Positions 41,488 through 54,574 of a stretch of DNA of 64,000 nt are shown piece by piece. The position numbers and the translations under genes were made by a program. Every line of letters begins with the position of its first letter. Position 1 is the stretch's first letter. The notes below the pieces were generated by a model. That model saw nothing but the letters and a program-made list of their open reading frames with translations, made no database searches and was not told the DNA's origin. The stretch is taken from the NCBI GenBank assembly GCA_964016885.1, contig OZ024741.1, forward strand, positions 23,188,001 through 23,252,000, written 5' to 3'. The stretch is from Eledone cirrhosa. Lineage: Eukaryota.

Positions 41488-42400
41488 CCTCTGTTTGTAA
41501 CACGTATAGTTCAGCTTTAAATTAAAGTTTGCCTCCGTGTTGGCTGGTCAGAAAGTAAGAATAATGACAGCTGAATGTAAACCTTTCAACCATTTTTATC
41601 TTTTGGTTTAAGTGAACGTCATGAAATGAAAGATCAGAGACGAGTGTGGGGAGAATCAACGAATGACAGTAAGAACCATGATAAGTTTCACCAAGTCTAT
41701 CTACAATCTGGCCTCGTTTAAGGTAGAAGTGGGAGGTAGAGAAAGTACTGGAGTAGCAGGGGAGGAGTGGTAGTACCCGATTAGACGACTATATAGAGGG
41801 GGAGTGGTGGTACTTGATAAGACGACGATAGAGAGGAGGAAGGGGAGGAGTGGTACCCGATTAGACGACGTACTGGAGGAGGTGGAAGAGAGGAGTAGTA
41901 AGGTAATTAAAAAATATGAAAGATAAGAACTGCTATTATATGACGGGAGGAAAGTAGGTGTATCTGTGAAAGACGAGGAAAGAGAATGTGTGAGGGTGTT
42001 GCTATGTAATGATTTAAGTAAAGAGAAGACGACCGGCCTAGTCCTAACACTACATCTCAAGTCACTGTTAAAATACTGCAAAGACAATCATAAATGACAC
42101 AGATCGTAACATTTACTTACTCCCCTCCAACGTCTACCTTTACTAGTTATACCTGCTATACCACTTGGAATACTAACACCAATTACTACTGTCCAGAGAG
42201 CATCGTTCAACCTGCTAGAAATAGTAACCAAATCTCCCTCAAATTACACCCTATCGTTTTTTTTGTTTTTTTTTAAAGGAGACACCAGGTAATTTTATTC
42301 AGGGTTCCCTGCACATAAGAAATAGACGAATGATTACGGTTAGAATACGATTGGTTATTGGCCTGTTCGATTAGGGCTGATCAGGGACTAAACAACAACT
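41488..42400 (-). promoter_or_regulatory. Candidate par-3 non-coding first exon and promoter
   Basis: Donor-like GAGG|GTAATT at 41487, TE-poor CpG-retaining unique sequence, and tandem ATTGG (CCAAT) motifs near 42350. Confidence 0.3.
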
Positions 42401-43022
42401 AATTTCGCCATTATCAGAACAGTTTGATTTTTATTCATTTATCTCTGTTTCCTCTTTCTAACCAACCTTTTTTCATAATTTCTAAATCTCATTTTTAACA
42501 TTTAAAATCCGAATCATTTGTTTAATGTTTTCTGTCAAAAGTTTTCGGATTTCGTTAAAATATTTTAATTTGTTTTTATTTTAACTTTCAAACAATAATA
42601 TATAAATACGAAAACTTTAAAGTCGTTGTCAACAACGTTCATTTGGCATTTATTGGGAACAAAGGCTGTGTTTTAAAGAGAAGCAAAATACCTGTTGAAA
42701 GACACAAGATACTAATAAATAATTTCGTTAATAATGTCAAAGTAGATATTGAAATACACTAATCCCTAATTTAAAATGTCTCGTTTCATTGTCTCCGAGT
42801 TATACAAAACTTTGTGTTACCGAAGGATGATAGTAACCGAGTGAATGTGTGTGTGTGTGTGTATGTGCGTGTGTGTGTATATGTGCGCGCGTGTGTATAT
42901 GTATGTGTCTGGGGGTACGTGCTGGACCTCCGTCAATCCCGCCGTTGAGTATTCCAATTATTTAATCAAAGAACTACCTGCTCATAAAATTAACGTGTAA
43001 CTGATCCTTCCATAGGCACGTG

Positions 43023-43330
43023 CAAGGTCGGATTAAATGGGGTGAGCAAAGGGGACAATTGCCCCGGGCCCCCTGCAGTGGGGGTCCCACAAGCGACGGC
43101 TGTAGCAATTTATTTGTGCCCTCAGCTGGGATTTTTAGTTTTATGATGGTTCGATTTTTTAAATTCAATACCTGTATGTATAACTTTTCAATTTCAATTA
43201 CTTGCGCCAAGTTAACTTTGATATGTAACATTGGAGGTTTGCTATGTATTCTAATTTTTTGTGTATGAGCTCCCACCCCCCTCCCCCAAAAAAACCTGAA
43301 GTGCCCCGGGCCCTGAACACGAGTACCCTT
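43023..43330. mobile_element. hAT-like non-autonomous element remnant
   Basis: CAAGGTCGGATTAA start and repeated GCCCCGGGCCC subterminal motif. Confidence 0.45.
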
Positions 43331-43789
43331 AACGTAGTTTTCAAAGATATTCTACATGACACTGTATAACAAGGCTGGCCTGTTGAATTAGTTATATTTT
43401 TGCCAACTGATTGGACTGGAGATAACAATAGAAACTCACCGCTACTCATGAGACTTTTCCAAAATGAAATATATTTGTTGACAAATTTTAGAAATATGTC
43501 ATGAACCATGTTGTTTTATAGTTTTTGTAGCTTCACTTTATCTGTTTATTAACAAAAATGTGTTTGCTTTTCATTAAACGTTTTCAAAGTAAACGCGTTA
43601 TTGATTCAAAATGTCATATTCAAATGGATATATTTACAAACAAGAGAAGAGAAAAATGAATAACTGGAGGGAAAGAAAGAAAAAAATTAGAAAGGAGGTG
43701 GGAGGGAACTCTACACCCTTGGTTAGACGGTACCTCTTAGCTGTAATACCCCTGCTGAGAACAGCCAGAAATACCTGCTACATATATAA

Positions 43790-46476
43790 TATAATATAAT
43801 GAAATTATTGTGTACAGTGCTCAGGTGCACTACAACTCATCAAAGGTGCATGTACAGTACATAGAAAAATGTACAAATGTCAGGAAAATGAACAGTGTAT
43901 GAGTCATGATATAATAATAATAATGAAATATTGTGTACAGTGCCCAGGTGCACCACAACTCATCAAAAAGTGCATGTACAGTACATAGGGCAATGCACAA
44001 ACATCAGTAAAATGAACAGTGCACGAGTCATGATACACACGTGTGCATGTGTATGGAAGGGGTACATCAGGTGTAGTTTTGGCGTATTTCGGGAGTGTCT
44101 TAAAGGATGCAGTGTCTCGGCAGCTAACAACAGACGCAGGCAGTTTGTTCCATGCTTCAGCAACTCTGAGCGTGAAAAAATGTCTACGAAAGTCATGGGA
44201 GCTGTGCTGTTTTCTGATTTTGTAGGCATGTCCACGTGTGTTAGACACATGTAGATCAAAAAGGTGCTCAGGGTTGCAATTGGCGAGATGGTTAATAACT
44301 TTGTGGGTATTCACCAAGTCCATTGCCAGACGCCGGAGCTTCAATGAATCCATGCCCAGGGAAGCAAGGCATTCAGAGTATGGTAGGTGTCTGATGGAGG
44401 GTATGCGCTTGGTTGCACGTCTCTGAACAGTTTCCAGGAGGTCAATGTTCTGAGCAAGATAGGGGGTTCCAGACTGATGATGCGAATTCCAAGTGTGGTC
44501 GTACCATAGCTGTATACAGTTTTAAATAGATGGCTGGAGAGCGGCTAACAAAGGTCTTGCTGAGTGATGCCAAGACACCCTCGGCCTTCTTGACAATCTT
44601 AGAGACATGCTTTGTCCAACGCAAATCGCTGCTGACAGTAATGCCCAGGTCACGTTCACAAGAGGACTTCTTGATATCAGTGTTGTGGAGGGAGTATGTG
44701 GACGCTGGATTTTTCCTTCCAAAATGCATGGTGGTACACTTGTCCACAGCCAGCTTCAGTTGCCAGTCTGTGATCCATTGCTGCATTGTGTCCAGGTCTG
44801 ATTGTAGGAAAGAGTTGTAAATTTCAGGATCAGTCCTTTTGATTTCAAGGTACAGCTTGATGTCATCTGCATATTTCAGTACCATGGCATTCTTTAAGTT
44901 GGCATCTATGTCATTAATATATGTCACAAACAAAAGGGGACCAAGAACAGATCCCTGTGGTACACCAGATGACATCTCCTATGGTGAAAAATGCTGTCCT
45001 AGAATCGTGACTACTTCTTTTCGGCTGAGAATGAAGGATTTCAACCAGTCGAAAAGATCATCCCTCACACCCATTACAGAGAGTTTTGTGTGGCACAGAA
45101 TTAAAAGCCTTAGCAAAGTCAAGGTAAACAACATCCACCCATGAGCTGCTGTCAGTGGTTCGGGTGATGTCTTCAAGGAACTCAATAAGCTGATCACAGC
45201 AGCTGGAGTTAGGGATAAATCCAAACTGTGAGGGCCGGATGAGGCTGTGAGAGCTCCAGAAGTTCCAAAGTGTTTCTCTGACACAGGATTCCATCAGTTT
45301 GGCCATACAGCTAGTAAGACTGACTGGACGATAGTTGACAGGTGACATGCGGTTGCCCTTTTTGAACAGGGGAATGACACTGGCAGTTTTCCACTGCTCC
45401 CGAGTAGCACCATTGTTGAGACAGTATTGAAAGAAGAAAGAAAGCTGGCGCAAAAGGAAATACCCGCCACGTTTGAGAAGCAGGTATGTCACACCATCAA
45501 GACCAGGGGAGGCATAGTTGCGCTTATTCTTAAGGTGACGTTGCAATATTGCAGGTGTAAATTCCATAGTTGTTATGGAATTTGATGTTAGAGATGGTGG
45601 AGATGGTACATTCTGGTTTTCAACAGTAAAAATACTTGCATAGCACTCAGCAATGAGTTCTGCGCATTCTTTGGGATCGTCAGTGATCTGGCTTGTGTGG
45701 GGATTGCGAAGAGGACCAACTGGAGAGTGAGGTCTCTGCTTTGAATGAACATATTTCCAGAACACCTTACTGTCAGGATTGGTTGCGATGCACTGTTCAA
45801 ATTCAAGCACTGCCTTCTTTGTCACTTGCTTGAGATGGTTAGAAGATTTATTCCGCTTTTTTCTGTTGGCATCTGATTTATGCAGTTTATATTCCCGTTC
45901 AGCGTTCCGACGTTCTTTCCTGGCAAGTTGGACCGCTGAAGTTTCCCAAATTGCACTTTTGGGGTGGTTATTTTTCCGCTTATGTGGCACCGATGCTGTA
46001 CACGCTATCCATATTGAGTCCAGGATGCTCTGGAGTATAGAGTTCACATCTCCAGAGTTATACATCTCATGTCAGTTTGGGCGCTGTAGCTCAGTGCAGT
46101 ACAAGTTCCAATCCGCCCTCTTCCAATCAAAGCAAGCAGATTGGAGATGGCTCTGGTTTTTGTTGCTGCCCTCAAGTGCCAGATTGACAATGATCATAGC
46201 ATGATCAGAGTCGCCTAGAGGTTCCTCAGTAGTACAACTGATAACCACTTCAGGAGTAGTGGTGAAGATCAGGTCCAAAGTGTTGTCACCTCTTGTTGGA
46301 GAGGTGACTACTTGTGACCAGTTTGAGTCCAGCACTAGTTCAAGGAAATCGTTTGCACCTTGTGGCCAACGAAAGGTTTCCCAATCGATCTCAGGATGAT
46401 TGAAGTCACCTGCAATAAACACATAAGTGGCTGTTTTCTTGGCAGCAACTCTGAGGATATCGCAAAGCTGTATCAT
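43790..46476 (-). mobile_element. CR1-clade LINE, 5'-truncated and frameshifted (APE + RT)
   Basis: Motifs GDFNHPEIDW, NYRPVSLTS, YLDFAKAF, SGVPQGSVLGP, YADD and TRGH. (AT/ATT)n tail. Confidence 0.95.
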
Positions 46477-46547
46477 TCCAACTTAAGGGGCTCCTTATTT
46501 AGGTGATATGTACGCCTCTGGATTTTGCTGAGGAAAACAGTTTGAAG

Positions 46548-47028
46548 ACTAAGGTTTCTAGTGGTCTTGATGGTAACTGGTCAGTTACTGCCAGGTCATG
46601 TGACCAGGGACCTCAGTGGTCTTGTGGTCTTGATGGTCAGTTCATGTCATGTCAAGACACCAAGGACCTCAGTGATCTTAATGGTCAGTTAATGCCTGGT
46701 CAAGAGATCAAGGACCTCAGTGGTCTTGATGGTCAGTTAATGCCAGGTCAAGACACCAAGGCCCTCAATGATCTTAATGGTTAGTTAATATCAGATCAAG
46801 AGACCAGTGCCCTCAGTGGTTTTAATGGTTATTTAATGTTTTGTCAAGACACCAAGGACCTCAGTGGTCTTAATGGTCAGTTAATGTCTGGTCAAGATAC
46901 CAAGTAATTCTGTGGTCTTGGTGGCAACTGGTCATTTAATGTCTGGTCAAGACACCAAGGATCTCAGTGGTCTTAATGGTCAGTTAATGTCTGGTCAATA
47001 CACCAAGGACCTCAGTGGTCTAGATGGC
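46548..47028. repeat. 48-bp minisatellite
   Basis: TCAAGACACCAAGGACCTCAGTGGTCTTGA... at 46652, 46700, 46748 and onward. Confidence 0.9.
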
Positions 47029-47437
47029 CACCCCCACAGAAATGGAAACAGTTAATCAAAGTCTGAAACTATTTGCTAATTATAATAATAAATATAATCT
47101 AACCTACAATTCTTGTGCAATTTTGTTTTCTAATTATACCCCACCGCCCTACAGGACATAATTAAGAACTTAAACTCCATCTAATTATACCCCACCACCA
47201 CCCCTCACCAGCTACAGAACCTAACTATTTAAGAACTAAAACTCCAAGAAAATTAACATGTTATTTGATTCACATCTTGACAAACCTAAATAGAATGGAA
47301 TCTGATTCTATTGTTCAAGAAATATGTTTGTTCATCTCATATAAGTATGAAGTATTAGATATATATATATATATCTCCATAGATTGTAATTATTGAGAGA
47401 GAGAGAGAAAAAAAGACATTGATACAAAACTGTTTAA

Positions 47438-47633
47438 CCCTTTAGCATTTACATTACTCTATTGTATTTTCACGGTAAAGGCTTTATCTCACATAATATT
47501 GAATCTATGAGATTTTGATATTTATTTTGAGAACAGTACCATAATGTTAGTATGAGTGGCCAGTTACGGCCGTTTTGAGCAGACAGAGGTGAGAGAATTT
47601 TGACCAGATACGGCCGGTTTAAATGCTAAAGGG
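47438..47633. mobile_element. piggyBac-like MITE (family 1)
   Basis: TTAA|CCCTTTAGCATTTA ... TAAATGCTAAAGGG: perfect 14-bp TIR. Confidence 0.88.
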
Positions 47634-47647
47634 TTTAACAGATTACA

Positions 47648-47990
47648 TTCTTCTTCTTTGCCCACTTATTTCTGAGAAGGTCGTGGGAGCAGAGCTCTCA
47701 AACACTCCATCCAGTGGGTCCCGCCAGAAACAACTGTCTCCAACTGATCTGGCTGGATCCCCAAGCGAGACCAGCCAAGCTCATGGATGTTATCCATCCA
47801 TCTTGCTCGGGTCTACCCCTGGGTCTCCTGCTGGTTGGTTTTGCTCATAAAATCTGTCCAGTGATTCTTTCCTGAGACCTTCTAACCACATTCCACATAG
47901 TATCGAGGCTGTGATCTCTCAATTCGGAGAAGTAGCAGCTCTACCTGGAGTGGACTCTCTGATCTCCGAGCTACGTACTCTATCAAATTG
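47648..47990 (-). mobile_element. Rex3/Expander-like RTE 3' end
   Basis: Translates (with frameshifts) DRVRSSEIRES..VELLLLRIERSQ...RRPRGRP..WMD...LGIQP...LLPRP; (GAA)n tail. Confidence 0.8.
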
Positions 47991-48354
47991 GATATATAAT
48001 AATGTGAGAAAGCCACAAATTATTAGAATCTATCCATATTGACCAGATGGTCACCCATAATGAGTTTCAACTGTATGTAGGTTGTTCCAGAGTAGGAAGA
48101 CCCCACAAACTCTTCATATATGCTCCTAAAAACAAAGTTACAAACATTGTATATACTGAAGTCCTATAAATGTTTTATAATTTTCGTAGAATACATTTTT
48201 CTATTATTTTCTTTATTACTTTCTGTAGATATTTTGATATTCTAAATAAACTTTAAAAAGTATGTTATGCAATATTTAAATACCTTTTAATATCTTTTAT
48301 TTTAAGGAAAATTGGCATTACTATAGAAGCCAATAGAAGCCTTATGAATAGATT

Positions 48355-48658
48355 TGAGCAGAGTGCAGATCGAGGTGAAGGCCAGGTGGCCTCTACTATA
48401 TATATGTAGAAGTGGAGTGACCCAGGAAGACTTGGGATGAGGAGATAAAAGCTGACCTTGCTCAATTGCATCTCTCAAAGACGATGACACAGGACTGAGA
48501 TCTCTGGTGTTATGCAGTAATACAGAAGACCCGCCTCCCCATGGGCAAAGGCTGAATCTGAAGTATATATATAGTATTCACCACCCCCACCTCCACCCCA
48601 ACCATCCACCCATACATCTCCCATGAAGACAGACTGAAGCATATATCTAGTGAAGCCT
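48355..48658 (+). mobile_element. RTE family A 3' fragment leading into the 40-bp array
   Basis: Translates PRKTWDEEIKADLAQLHLSKTMT. Confidence 0.85.
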
Positions 48659-51400
48659 CCAGCCCACACTGTAAAGGGGTTGTGATGGTGACATGTCAAA
48701 AAGTACCCAGCCCACACTGTAAAGGGGTTGTGATGGTGACATGTCAAAAAGTACCCAGCCCACACTGTAACGGGGTTGTGATGGTGACATGACAAAAAGT
48801 ACCCAGCCCACACTGTAAAGGGGTTGTGATGGTGACATGACAAAAAATACCCAGCCCACACTGTAAAGGGGTTGTGATGGTGACATGACAAAAAATACCC
48901 AGCCCACACTGTAAAGGGGTTGTGATGGTGACATGTCAAAAAGTACCCAGCCCACACTGTAAAGGGGTTGTGATGGTGAGATGACAAAAAATACCCAGCC
49001 CACACTGTAAAGGGGTTGTGATGGTGACATGACAAAAAATACCCAGCCCACACTGTAAAGGGGTTGTGATGGTGACATGACAAAAAGTACCCAGCCCACA
49101 CTGTAAAGGGGTTGTGATGGTGAGATGACAAAAAATACCCAGCCCACACTGTAAAGGGGTTGTGATGGTGACATGTCAAAAAGTACCCAGCCCACACTGT
49201 AAAGGGGTTGTGATGGTGACATGTCAAAAAGTACCCAGCCCACACTGTAAAGGGGTTGTGATGGTGACATGTCAAAAAGTACCCAGCCCACACTGTAAAG
49301 GGGTTGTGATGGTGACATGACAAAAAATACCCAGCCCACACTGTAACGGGGTTGTGATGGTGACATGACAAAAAGTACCCAGCCCACACTGTAAAGGGGT
49401 TGTGATGGTGAGATGACAAAAAATACCCAGCCCACACTGTAACGGGGTTGTGATGGTGACATGACAAAAAATACCCAGCCCACACATAAAGGGGTTGTGA
49501 TGGTGACATGACAAAAAGTACCCAGCCCACACTGTAAAGGGGTTGTGATGGTGAGATGACAAAAAGTACCCAGCCCACACTGTAACGGGGTTGTGATGGT
49601 GAGATGACAAAAAGTACCCAGCCCACACTATAAAGTGGTTGTGATGGTGACATGACGAAAAGTACCCAGCTCACACTGTAAAGGGGTTGTGATGGTGACA
49701 TGACGAAAAGTACCCAGCCCACACTGTAAAGTGGTTGTGATGGTGACATGACAAAAAATACCCAGCCCACACTGTAAAGGGGTTGTGATGGTGACATTTC
49801 AAAAAGTACCCAGCCCACACTGTAAAGGGGTTGTGATGGTGACATGACAAAAAATACCCAGCCCACACTGTAAAGGGGTTGTGATGGTGACATGACAAAA
49901 AGTACCCAGCCCACACATAAAGGGGTTGTGATGGTGACATGACAAAAAGTACCCAGCCCACACTATAAAGTGGTTGTGATGGTGACATGACAAAAAGTAC
50001 CCAGCCCACACTATAAAGTGGTTGTGATGGTGACATGACAAAAAATACCCAGCCCACACTGTAAAGGGGTTGTGATGGTGACATGACAAAAAATACCCAG
50101 CCCACACTGTAAAGGGGGTTGTGATGGTGACATGACAAGAAGTACCCAGCCCACACATAAAGGGGTTGTGATGGTGACATGACAAAAAGTACCCAGCCCA
50201 CACTGTAAAGGGGTTGTGATGGTGACATGACAAAAAATACCCAGCCCACACTGTAAAGGGGTTGTGATGGTGACATGACAAAAAGTACCCAGCCCACACA
50301 TAAAGGGGTTGTGATGGTGACATGACAAAAAGTACCCAGCCCACACATAAAGGGGTTGTGATGGTGACATGACAAAAAGTACCCAGCCCACACTATAAAG
50401 TGGTTGTGATGATGACATGCAAAAAGTACCCAGCCCACACATAAAGGGGTTGTGATGGTGACATGACAAAAAGTACCCAGCCCACACTATAAAGTGGTTG
50501 TGATGATGACATGCAAAAAGTACCCAGCCCACACATAAAGGGGTTGTGATGGTGACATGACAAAAAGTACCCAGCCCACACATAAAGGGGTTGTGATGGT
50601 GACATGACAAAAAGTACCCAGCCCACACATAAAGGGGTTGTGATGGTGACATGACAAAAAGTACCCAGCCCACACTATAAAGTGGTTGTGATGGTGACAT
50701 GACAAAAAGTACCCAGCCCACACTGTAACGGGGTTGTGATGGTGAGATGACAAAAAGTACCCAGCCCACACTGTAACGGGGTTGTGATGGTGAGATGACA
50801 AAAAGTACCCAGCCCACACTATAAAGTGGTTGTGATGGTGACATGACGAAAAGTACCCAGCTCACACTGTAAAGGGGTTGTGATGGTGACATGACGAAAA
50901 GTACCCAGCCCACACTGTAAAGTGGTTGTGATGGTGACATGACAAAAAATACCCAGCCCACACTGTAAAGGGGTTGTGATGGTGACATGACAAAAAGTAC
51001 CCAGCCCACACTATAAAGTGGTTGTGATGGTGACATGACAAAAAGTACCCAGCCCACACTATAAAGTGGTTGTGATGGTGACATGACAAAAAATACCCAG
51101 CCCACACTGTAAAGGGGTTGTGATGGTGACATGACAAAAAATACCCAGCCCACACTGTAAAGGGGGTTGTGATGGTGACATGACAAGAAGTACCCAGCCC
51201 ACAATTAAAGGGGTTGTGATGGTGACATGACAAAAAGTACCCAGCCCACACTGTAAAGGGGTTGTGATGGTGACATGACAAAAAATACCCAGCCCACACT
51301 GTAAAGGGGTTGTGATGGTGACATGACAAAAGTACCCAGCCCACACATAAAGGGGTTGTGATAGTGACATGACAAAAAGTACCCAGCCCACACTATAAAG
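48659..51400 (+). repeat. 40-bp minisatellite (~68 units) expanded from the RTE 3' UTR repeat
   Basis: Unit CCAGCCCACACTGTAAAGGGGTTGTGATGGTGACATGACAAAAAGTAC matches the repeats at 15050-15310 and 27420-27590. Confidence 0.93.
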
Positions 51401-51852
51401 TTTTAATCTAGTTCCTACCCTTCCGCCCCTTCAAAAGAGCACATAAGCCACTCTAGCACAACAAGGTACTTAATCCTATATTTACAAGCATATATACACA
51501 CTATATATATATGGGATAACAAGTTATTGTTTTAGGTAATCCAGTTAGAAGTTGTGAGTACTATGAATAGTTTTAACGTACAGCGTTGTTTGACTCAGCA
51601 AGAGATTTCATTAGTTGGGTAGCGAGTATATATATACATATATACCAAATATATATATTATATATATATATACATATATACCTCCAGTTGGATTAAATAT
51701 TGAAATGAATGTTTTTACAGCTGGTTACTCCAGTCAACCCACTCAACCCTGAATTAGGAGTGAAAAGCACTTTTTGTTGCAAATTACAACAAATGGAGTT
51801 AGGTGCAAAATACACTCCCTGTTAGATCTTAATTTGTAGTCATACATGCTTC

Positions 51853-51915
<63 letters not shown>

Positions 51916-52648
51916 GGGAGAGTACATATGTATGTGTGTGTATCCATGTATGTGTGCATGTGTATACACAAAAAAGGACCACACACACTATGACATGTAT
52001 TCAGCCTGGTGTCCTCAATTTGTTATAATCACACATCTTTTCATCTCTGTACCCTTTAACCCTTTTGATATCAAACTCCTTGGAACTACCCCTAGTTCTA
52101 TTTTACTAAACCATTTATATTGATGTCTCTATATTTATCTAAAAAAACCTTCCATCATAATTCTATGTTAGAACTTCGTTAAGTTATGTTCCAAACATCA
52201 AATATGTATGTATGGATGCAGTAAACAAAATAAAGCACCAGTAATGCACTAGGGTAATGAATACAGCCACAAGGATATGGTCCGAATGTGGAAGAGTCAA
52301 ACTCCCACTGTCATCACTTCCATCTCTCTGTATTGTGAGCAAATGGGGTCCCACTTGCTGGCCTCCCCACATCCCCAGCAGACAGAAGGGAGAAGGTGTT
52401 TCCCCAGAGGATGGTAAGAGAGATGTGTTGAAACATAAAATTAATAAGTAAGTTAGTTATATCAGAAAATCATAGGCAGTAGCTTCTTAGGAGAAGAAGA
52501 TACTGCAGTATCTTTCATTAAAGATATAATAAAGAAAAGATTAACTTTCTTCAAATGTCTGACATTTTTTATATGTTTGAGGAATATCTGAACTGAATCC
52601 CTTATTGTAGTGCACCTGAGCACTCTACACAATAATTTCATTATTATA

Positions 52649-52835
52649 TGGCGGTGGATTGGCAGTATCGGTAGAGGGTCGGACGCCATGCTTTGAGTTA
52701 CAGCCCTTGCCATTCTGAGTTCAAATCCCGCCGAGGTTAACTTTGCCTTTCATCCTTACGGGGTCGATAAAATAAAATACCAGTAATGCACTGGGTAATT
52801 GCTGGCCTTGTGCCAAAAGTAGAAACAATTATTTT
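52649..52835 (+). mobile_element. Full-length Meta-like tRNA SINE (partial copies at 52994-53122, 53265-53345, 37112-37210, 25465-25540)
   Basis: GGCGGTGGATTGGCAGTATCGG head, B box GAGTTCAAATCCC, Meta-like core and ATT tail. Confidence 0.9.
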
Positions 52836-53740
52836 ATTTTATTTTATATTTTTTATATCTTCATTGTTAAATGAGTTTTGCCATTGTGCACTTTTATTCG
52901 AGCTTATTGTAAACTCCCACTGTCTGTGTATTTGTATTGTCCCCTTACATGTCGGCGCTTGTGGCCAATAAATGGAATCATTATTATTATTATATTCTGA
53001 GTTCAAATCCTGCCGAGGTTAACTTTGCCTTTCATCCATACGGGGGTCGATAAAATAAAGTACCAGTAATCTACTGGGTTATTGCTGGCCTTGTGCCAAT
53101 AGTAGAAACAATTATTATTATTATAAATACTGGGGGTAGATTAATCTCATTCCATTGTTCTGACAATGTGGGATATTCTAGTATTAGTTACTAACTGAAG
53201 TGACAAATTTGTTGAGTCAATAGGGTGTCACATTGAAAACACTTTGCTATTTTTTCCGGTTCACTGCACTCTGAGTTCAAATCCCACCCAGGTCAACTTT
53301 GCCTTTCATCCTTTCAAAAGATCAATAAATAAAGTACCAGTTTAGTAATGGGATTGGTTCTCTCTCTCTATATATATATGTATATACAGTGTGTATATAT
53401 ATATGTTTATATATATATGTATATACAGTGTGTATATAGATATGTTTATATATATATATATGTATATACACAGAGGTATCCACAGTAAGTTGTGGGGTCT
53501 ATTCTGCATTCAATATTCAACTATCAGTTTGACAATCCCTTTCCTCCTAATAGATTTTTATACCAATTCTACTATTAACACCATTCAACCATTCCTTTCA
53601 AAGGGTCATGACCTCAACTAAAGTGTATTACTTTTCATCTTAACACCATATGAAAAACACAATTTGATTGGTTAGTTCTTCAACCATCCCCTAATAAGGA
53701 CATGATACTAACATACTACTAATTCTGAATAAATTATTAT

Positions 53741-53876
53741 TGCTTTTGAAAACAACTGGTGATATGCATGTAAGTAAATATTCTCTTTATCTGATATTTT
53801 GTAACTAACCTTACATAGATCAATAACGGAGTATAGCTACAATGTATTATCATCACCTAGAAACGATCGTAAAGCA
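53741..53876 (+). ncRNA. Candidate type I hammerhead ribozyme, U3-A8 variant with long stem II
   Basis: TGCTT-TTGAAAA-[GGTGAT...ATCACC]-GAAAC-GATC-GTA-AAGCA. The base of stem II is imperfect. Confidence 0.55.
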
Positions 53877-54029
53877 TTGAAGTATATCTCTAATGACTTG
53901 ATTTTTTTATTTCATTGTTTTAACATATATATATATATATATGTTTATATATACATATATGTTTATATATATGTTTACATATATATATATATATTTATAT
54001 ATATATATGTTTATATATACATATATATA

Positions 54030-54148
54030 TATCATCATCATCATCATCATCAAGGTTTAGCGTCCGTGTTCCACGCTTGCATGGGTTTGGACGGGGGTTT
54101 TCCCACTTGAGGCAAGAGTGGTTGTCTTGCTCGCATAGGACTGTCTAT

Positions 54149-54184
<36 letters not shown>

Positions 54185-54385
54185 TCATCATTATTTCACG
54201 TTCGCTTTTCCCTGCTTGCAAGGGTGGGACGAGTCCTATTCAGCACAGTATCTCTCCACTTGTCACGGTCCTTCGTCATCTCCTCGGTGAGTTTCAACGA
54301 TCTGAGGTCTGCTCTCTCCACCCCCACCCATGTTTTTCGTGGTCTTCTTCTACTGCGTCTTCCCTCCACTGGCACTTCTTCACCC
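54030..54385 (-). mobile_element. Two RTE 3' fragments (A at 54030-54145, B at 54181-54385) in a (TA)n tract
   Basis: (ATC)n tails; translates RPRKTWVGV...[11 protein letters not shown]. Confidence 0.85.
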
Positions 54386-54518
54386 ATATATGTTTATATA
54401 TATGTTTATATATATATATGTTTACACATATATGTTTATTTATATATATGTTTATATATATATATGTTTATATATATATATGTTTATATATATATATGTT
54501 TATATATATATATATGTT

Positions 54519-54567
<49 letters not shown>

Positions 54568-54574
54568 GTTTATA

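Noticed and set aside
41701-42087. 128-aa Ser-rich ORF upstream of par-3
   Set aside because: Low-complexity purine/pyrimidine tract with no recognisable domain; more likely UTR or promoter.
48475-51393. Multiple 100-480 aa ORFs
   Set aside because: Artefacts of the 40-bp array.
51570-51620. Possible decayed HHR on the minus strand (CTAATGA...CAAAC...GTA); similar weak motif at 59095-59132
   Set aside because: Two or more core mismatches each; not distinguishable from chance by eye.
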